Shown here: piece after piece, positions 58,465-64,000 of the stretch
How the letters are laid out: the number at the start of each line of letters is the position of its first letter
How positions within the stretch are numbered: position 1 is the first letter of the stretch
Assembly (NCBI GenBank): GCA_965223845.1
Contig: CBDCXR010000004.1
Location: forward strand, 5,376,001 to 5,440,000
Reading direction: 5' to 3'
Length of the DNA: 64,000 nt
DNA from: Planctomycetota bacterium
GTDB taxonomy: Bacteria; Planctomycetota; UBA8108; SXIK01
Program-made: the position numbers and the translations under genes
Notes under the pieces: generated by a model
What the model was told of the DNA's origin: nothing
Seen by the model: only the letters and a program-made list of their open reading frames with translations
Databases searched by the model: none

Positions 58465-59502
58465 GTGATCGATCCACCTTCTCGGAACACGCGCAGGCGA
58501 AAAAGCTGGAAGCGTTGGGTCGCCGCTGTGCTCGTCGCGGGCGCGCTGGGCGGCGGTGCTTACTACTACAATTTCTTCGTCTACGGTCACTTCCACGTCG
58601 TTCTCGACGGCGAGGTGTACCGTTCGGCGCAGCCGACGCCCGCGATGCTCGACGCGTGGGTTCCAGCGCACGATCTTCGAACCGTCATCAATCTTCGCGG
58701 CAAGAGCTCGGGCGCGTTTTACCACGAGGAACGAGCGTCGGCCGAGCGGCTCGGGATCGCGATGCACGACGTCAAGTGGTCGGCGGTGCGCGAACCGCCT
58801 CAACCAGCCCTTCATCGCTTGATCGAGCTTCTCGAGACGGCGCCGCGGCCACTCCTCATCCACTGTAAGCGTGGTGTCGACCGGACCGGCGTCGCGAGCG
58901 TCATGGCTCAGATGGCGATCGGCGGAAGGACCTACGAAGAGGCTCGCCCACAGCTCAGCCTCCGCTACTGGCGATTTCCCGACCGCGACGACGACATCGC
59001 CGGCGTCCTCTACGAGTACGAGAAGCAGCGCCGGGCGAGCGGTTTGGAGCTCGGCGGGTGGCCCGAATTTCGTCGCTGGGCCCTCGAGGACTATCGCCCG
59101 GGATTCTATTTCGTGGAGATCTCTGCACCCGAGGAAGTGACTGCGATCGCCAGCGCGCCGGTCGACGTCGAACTCCGCATCACCAACCGATCGACGAAGA
59201 CGCTGCCGGCGGGCGATCCGGATCGACGGTTCTACGTCGCGACGTTCACCGGAACGAGCATCGAAGAGCTCCCCGACGAGATCCTTGGAACGACGACACT
59301 CGAACGGCGGGACCTCGCGCCGGGCGAGTCGCTCGTCCTCCGCCATCGCTTCGAGCTGCCGACGAAAGGGGAGGCGGGTGCAAAGTCGTTCGAAGCTCGA
59401 CACGACATCGTCGAGAGCAAGGTCACCTGGTTCGCACGCCAGGGCTCACCGATGGGATCGACGATGGTCACGCTGAATCGCGGTGCGCCGGCGTCGCCTT
59501 GA
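58465..59502 (+). CDS. Membrane-anchored Cys-based (CX5R) tyrosine/dual-specificity phosphatase with a C-terminal Ig-like domain
   Basis: N-terminal basic stretch + TM; VYRSAQP, TVINLRG, IHCKRGVDRTG; start uncertain. Confidence 0.82.
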   Translation: MIDPPSRNTRRRKSWKRWVAAVLVAGALGGGAYYYNFFVYGHFHVVLDGEVYRSAQPTPAMLDAWVPAHDLRTVINLRGKSSGAFYHEERASAERLGIAMHDVKWSAVREPPQPALHRLIELLETAPRPLLIHCKRGVDRTGVASVMAQMAIGGRTYEEARPQLSLRYWRFPDRDDDIAGVLYEYEKQRRASGLELGGWPEFRRWALEDYRPGFYFVEISAPEEVTAIASAPVDVELRITNRSTKTLPAGDPDRRFYVATFTGTSIEELPDEILGTTTLERRDLAPGESLVLRHRFELPTKGEAGAKSFEARHDIVESKVTWFARQGSPMGSTMVTLNRGAPASP

Positions 59503-59520
59503 GTTGGATTGAGCCGATCT

Positions 59521-59991
59521 TCACTCCGCTGGCACGTCCGGAAACGCGCTCGTGTGATCGTGGACGATCTTCCAGCCGTCCTCGCCTCGCTCGAAGACGA
59601 CGGTGAAGACACCCGACGGTCGATCGGCTTCGCGCTCGAGCGTCCAGCGGCCGGTCACGACTGCCGCGCGCCGACCAAACGATCGCTCCTCGATCTCGCT
59701 GAACGCCAGTGTTCCCATCGCTTTGCGATCCGGATAGCGGCGGCGGTAGCGTTCGAGTACGGTCTCCCAGCCGCGGATCGTCCCGCTCGCACTCGAGAAG
59801 CTCGTCGCAGGAGATCGGCGGTAGTCGTTCATGAACGAGTCGATGTCGCCGCGATTCCAGGCAGACTGCTGTCGCCTGAGAACGGCGGTGGGTCCCGGCG
59901 ACTCGCCCGGTGCGCGACACGAGCTCGCGGCGAACGCGAGAGCAAGGAGGGCACCGACGCTCACTCCTCGCAAACACTGACGAAACGACAT
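59521..59991 (-). CDS. NTF2-like/DUF4440 lipoprotein
   Basis: AAGGAG RBS; ASSC lipobox; [23 protein letters not shown]....[10 protein letters not shown]. Confidence 0.88.
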   Translation of the reverse strand: MSFRQCLRGVSVGALLALAFAASSCRAPGESPGPTAVLRRQQSAWNRGDIDSFMNDYRRSPATSFSSASGTIRGWETVLERYRRRYPDRKAMGTLAFSEIEERSFGRRAAVVTGRWTLEREADRPSGVFTVVFERGEDGWKIVHDHTSAFPDVPAE

Positions 59992-60140
59992 TCGATCTCC
60001 TTTCTCGCGAGCGTTTTCGCGGCCAACCGACGACGCGTCGGGAGTGCGCGCCGGGCTTTCGCCCCAGCGGCATCGAGGTTACGCTGAAGATCCTTCCCCC
60101 CTGGAGCCAAATCTACGCTCAGTCGAAGAGGATCTCTTCT

Positions 60141-62207
60141 ATGCGTCACATCGCTCGATTTCCATCGATCGGCGCGCGATCGTTCGCCGCCCTTGCGCTC
60201 GTCTTCCTGGCGAGCTCTGCGGCCGTCGCCGCCGAGGCGCGACCGAACATCATTTTCATGTTCACCGACGACCACGCCTCGCACGCGATCGGCGCCTACG
60301 GGTCGAAAATCAACGTGACGCCCAACCTCGATCGCCTCAGCGCTCAAGGGATGCGCTTCGACAATTGCTTCTGCACAAACTCGATCTGCGGACCGAGCCG
60401 CGCGGTGATTCTCACGGGAAAGCACAGCCACCTGAACGGTTTCATGACGAACGGCGATCGCTTCGACGGTTCGCAGCAAACCGTTTCGAAGCTTCTCCGC
60501 GCCTCCGGCTATCAGACGGCGGTCGTCGGCAAGTGGCACCTGAAGACCGCCCCCACCGGCTTCGACTATTGGGAAGTCCTCATCGGCCAAGGACCGTACT
60601 ACAACCCTCCGATGCGGACCGAAGCGGGTACGCGGAAGCACATCGGGTACACGACCGACATCATCACGGACCTCGCGCTCGACTGGCTCGATCAGAAGCG
60701 CGACAAGTCTAAGCCGTTCTTCCTCATGTATCAGCACAAGGCGCCGCACCGCGAGTGGGCGCCGGGGCCCGATCACCTCACCCTCTACGACGACGTAGAG
60801 ATCCCCGAGCCGGCGACTCTATTCGACGATTGGGAGGGCCGGACGAGCGCCGCGAAGACCCAGACGATGACGATCGCTCGCCACATGAGCGACCGCGATC
60901 TCAAGTTCGTCCCGCCGCGGAACCTCACTCCCGAGCAGCTCGAGAAGTGGAACGCGGCCTACGGCCCGAAAAACGAGGCGTTCAAAAAGGCAAATCTCGA
61001 GGGCAAGGCACTCGTTCGCTGGAAGTATCAGCGCTACATCAAGGACTACCTTCGCTGCATCGCGTCGGTCGACGACAACATCGGGCGCCTCCTCGAATAC
61101 CTCGAGAAGAACGGGCTCTCGAAAAACACGGTCGTGATGTACAGCTCGGATCAGGGGTTCTATCTCGGCGATCACGGCTGGTACGACAAGCGATGGATGT
61201 ACGAAGAGTCCCTGCGGATGCCGTTCATCGTGCGTTGGCCGGACGTCGTCAAGGCGGGCTCGGTCAATCGCGACCTCGTACAGAATCTCGATTTTGCCGA
61301 GACCTTTCTCGAGATCGCCGGCGCTTCGATTCCGAGTGACATGCAGGGGAGAAGCCTCGTCCCCCTGCTGAAGGGCGGAACTCCGGCCGATTGGCGGAAG
61401 TCGATCTACTACCACTACCTCGAGTTCCCCGGCGCGCACAGCGTTCGTCGGCACTTCGGCGTACGCACCGATCGGTACAAGCTCATCCGCTACTACGGCA
61501 TCGACGAGTGGGAGCTCTTCGATCTCGCGAAGGACCCGGACGAGCTGAGAAGCGTCTACACGTCGGCGGACTACGCCGGCGTGGTGGCGGACCTGAAGAC
61601 CGAGCTCACACGGCTGCAGGGTGTCTACCGTGACACGGAACCGACGGTCGGTGCCGGGGAGCGGAGCCAACGTGCACTCCGGCGGAGGGCGAAGGGCGTC
61701 CGTCGAGAACTCGTGCTTCTCCTCGACAAAGCCGACGCGCGCGCGCGCACCGGAATCGATCCCGCCGCCAAACCGCTCACGGTCGGGGCGAGCTGTGTCC
61801 CGAAATCGGGCGACGGGGTGATCATTGCGCAGGGCGGAGAAGCGTACGGCTACAGCATCTATCTGAGAGTTGGCGTGCCGCACTTCACCGTCCGGAACGA
61901 AGGCGATCCGCGCACGGTGCGCGCGAAGAAAGCGGTGCCGGTGGGCGAGCGCGTCCACCTCGCCGCGGCCGTGCGCCCGAACGGTCGGCTGGTGCTCTAC
62001 GTAGGCGGGGAAGTCGTCGCGGAGGGGAAGGGATATCTTCTCTCGAACCGGCCGGCCGATTCACTGACCGTCGGTTCGGATGCGGGCTCCGTCGTCGGTG
62101 ACTACGCGGGACCGTTCGCCTTCGAGGGTGAACTGAGCAACATTCGCCTCTACTGGGGTGTCCTCCCGAACGACGAGCTCTCGGCCTGGGTCGGCGAGAA
62201 GCGCTGA
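60141..62207 (+). CDS. Secreted S1 sulfatase with a C-terminal LamG/ConA-like domain
   Basis: [22 protein letters not shown] (CxPxR), [19 protein letters not shown]; C-terminal beta-sandwich (VHLAA...LVLYVGG...[10 protein letters not shown]). Confidence 0.93.
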   Translation: MRHIARFPSIGARSFAALALVFLASSAAVAAEARPNIIFMFTDDHASHAIGAYGSKINVTPNLDRLSAQGMRFDNCFCTNSICGPSRAVILTGKHSHLNGFMTNGDRFDGSQQTVSKLLRASGYQTAVVGKWHLKTAPTGFDYWEVLIGQGPYYNPPMRTEAGTRKHIGYTTDIITDLALDWLDQKRDKSKPFFLMYQHKAPHREWAPGPDHLTLYDDVEIPEPATLFDDWEGRTSAAKTQTMTIARHMSDRDLKFVPPRNLTPEQLEKWNAAYGPKNEAFKKANLEGKALVRWKYQRYIKDYLRCIASVDDNIGRLLEYLEKNGLSKNTVVMYSSDQGFYLGDHGWYDKRWMYEESLRMPFIVRWPDVVKAGSVNRDLVQNLDFAETFLEIAGASIPSDMQGRSLVPLLKGGTPADWRKSIYYHYLEFPGAHSVRRHFGVRTDRYKLIRYYGIDEWELFDLAKDPDELRSVYTSADYAGVVADLKTELTRLQGVYRDTEPTVGAGERSQRALRRRAKGVRRELVLLLDKADARARTGIDPAAKPLTVGASCVPKSGDGVIIAQGGEAYGYSIYLRVGVPHFTVRNEGDPRTVRAKKAVPVGERVHLAAAVRPNGRLVLYVGGEVVAEGKGYLLSNRPADSLTVGSDAGSVVGDYAGPFAFEGELSNIRLYWGVLPNDELSAWVGEKR

Positions 62208-62360
62208 GCTCGGGGTCGACGCGGCTCGAAAATCGCCGAACGCGCGGCTATGATTCCCGCGTTTCCGGCGTCGAGCCGCGCCATCGGCGGCGCGGTTCTC
62301 CTCCGACTCGGCTCGACGACCGATACGCAGGATCTCGAACTCAGCCAGGACTCGACTCAG

Positions 62361-64000
62361 GTGACGACCCCTCCCACGACCCCTTCGACCGGCGCGCCCG
62401 AAGGCTCCTCTCCCGAATCGGAGTCGGCGTCCCGCAGCTTCATCGATCAGATCATTCACGAGCACGCGGAGTCTGGCCGTTTCGATGGACGCGTTCACAC
62501 GCGCTTCCCCCCGGAGCCCAACGGCTACCTTCACATCGGCCACGCGAAGTCGATCTGCCTCAACTTCGGGCTCGCCGAGAAGTACGGCGGACTCTGCAAT
62601 CTCCGCTTCGACGATACGAATCCGACGAAGGAAGACGTCGAGTACGTGGAGTCGATCCAGGATGACGTCCGCTGGCTCGGATTTGAATGGAACGGCGAAA
62701 CGCTCTTCGCATCCGACTATTTCGAGCGGCTGTGCGACTGCGCGGTTCAATTGATTCGCGACGGCAAGGCGTACGTCGACAGCTTGTCGCTCGAAGAGAT
62801 CCGCGACTACCGCGGCTCGCTCACCGAGCCGGGAAAGAACAGCCCCTACCGGGATCGCAGCGTCGAAGAGAATCTCGACCTCTTCGAACGAATGCGCGCG
62901 GGAGAATTCGACGACGGAGCGCACGTACTCCGGGCGAAAATCGACATGGCGTCGCCCAACATGAACCTGCGCGACCCGCCGATTTACCGCATCCGACGAG
63001 TCGCACACCACCGAACGGGCGACGCGTGGTGCGTCTACCCGATGTACGACTTCACGCACGGGCTCTGCGATTCTTTCGAATCGATCACGCACTCGATCTG
63101 CACTCTCGAATTCGAGAACCATCGCCCCCTCTACGATTGGTTTCTCGACGAGCTCGACGTCTACCATCCGCAGCAGATCGAGTTCGCGCGACTCAGCATC
63201 ACGCACACCGTGCTCAGCAAGCGAAAGCTCCTCGAGCTCGTCGAAGGCGGATACGTGAGCGGCTGGAACGACCCCCGTATGCCGACCATCGCCGGGCTGA
63301 GGCGCCGAGGCTACACGCCGAAGGCGATCCGGAACTTCTGCGACACGATCGGTGTCGCAAAGAACGACAGCACGATCGACATGGTCGTCCTCGAAAACAG
63401 CATCCGAGAAGACCTCAACGAAACCGCTGAACGGCGGATGGCGGTCTTGCGACCGCTCAAAGTTGTCATCGAGAACTTTCCGGAGGGTGACGTCGACGAG
63501 CTCGACGCGGCGAACCACCCGCAGCGACCGGAGCTGGGCTCGCGCAAGGTGCCGTTCAGCCGCGAGCTCTTCATCGAACGGGATGACTTTCTGGAAGCTC
63601 CGCCGAAGAAATTCTTTCGCCTCGGGCCCGATCGAGAAGTGCGGCTCCGGTACGGCTACTTCATCCGCTGCGTCGACGTCGTGAAGAACGACGCGGGCGA
63701 GGTCGTCGAGCTGCGCTGCACCTACGACCCCGAGACTCGGGGCGGATCGGCGCCCGACGGCCGCAAGGTGAAGGGTACGCTCCACTGGGTGTCCGCGGCC
63801 CACGCGGTCGACGCCGAGGTGCGGCTGTACGATCACCTCTTCTCGACGCCCGATCCGTCCGCGGGCGACGGCGACTTCAAGGATCACCTGAACCCGAGCT
63901 CGCTCGAGGTCGCTTCGGGGAAGCTCGAACCGAGCCTCGGCGACGCGCGGGCGGAAGATCGATTCCAGTTCGAGCGGGTCGGGTACTTCTGCCTCGACTC
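62361..64000 (+). CDS. glnS: Glutaminyl-tRNA synthetase (3' end beyond the window)
   Basis: Translated by hand: [78 protein letters not shown]; absent from the ORF track because no stop lies in the window. Confidence 0.96.
   Translation, partial: MTTPPTTPSTGAPEGSSPESESASRSFIDQIIHEHAESGRFDGRVHTRFPPEPNGYLHIGHAKSICLNFGLAEKYGGLCNLRFDDTNPTKEDVEYVESIQDDVRWLGFEWNGETLFASDYFERLCDCAVQLIRDGKAYVDSLSLEEIRDYRGSLTEPGKNSPYRDRSVEENLDLFERMRAGEFDDGAHVLRAKIDMASPNMNLRDPPIYRIRRVAHHRTGDAWCVYPMYDFTHGLCDSFESITHSICTLEFENHRPLYDWFLDELDVYHPQQIEFARLSITHTVLSKRKLLELVEGGYVSGWNDPRMPTIAGLRRRGYTPKAIRNFCDTIGVAKNDSTIDMVVLENSIREDLNETAERRMAVLRPLKVVIENFPEGDVDELDAANHPQRPELGSRKVPFSRELFIERDDFLEAPPKKFFRLGPDREVRLRYGYFIRCVDVVKNDAGEVVELRCTYDPETRGGSAPDGRKVKGTLHWVSAAHAVDAEVRLYDHLFSTPDPSAGDGDFKDHLNPSSLEVASGKLEPSLGDARAEDRFQFERVGYFCLD

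Noticed and set aside
1419-63887. Many long antisense or alternate-frame ORFs (e.g. 1419-2672, 21239-23605, 42112-44700, 49419-52508, 53851-56094, 62061-63887)
   Set aside because: They are shadows of real genes caused by high GC and codon bias: Arg-rich, no recognisable motifs, and fully overlapping well-supported CDSs.

Overview
High-GC (roughly two-thirds by eye) bacterial chromosome segment, almost certainly Planctomycetota: it carries a PSD1/cytochrome-c DUF1549-DUF1553 + DUF1501 pair, DUF1080, a CehA/McbA-type metallohydrolase, Tat-exported enzymes, a sulfatase and several C-terminal dockerin-like modules. About 40 CDSs are supportable. Most are housekeeping or accessory genes (fba, OmpR-type two-component system, ggt, GH13, yhhQ-like, trpBA, mutM, nth, partial glnS). 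I saw no tRNA, rRNA, CRISPR array or transposase. The notable region is an ~18 kb cluster (35153-53387) of five secreted proteins: three CotH-family extracellular kinases, and four copies of a conserved ~250-280 aa Cys/Asp/His-rich domain I cannot name ('domain X'). Domain X occurs alone with an IPTL-CTERM-like membrane anchor, twice in a dockerin-bearing protein, and fused to the N-terminus of a CotH-dockerin protein. Two X genes share an identical 10-bp upstream motif at nearly the same distance. This suggests an undescribed surface-displayed, dockerin-linked extracellular phosphorylation complex. All family calls come from motif recognition by eye, not from searches. Start codons were re-picked by eye from RBS and signal peptides.
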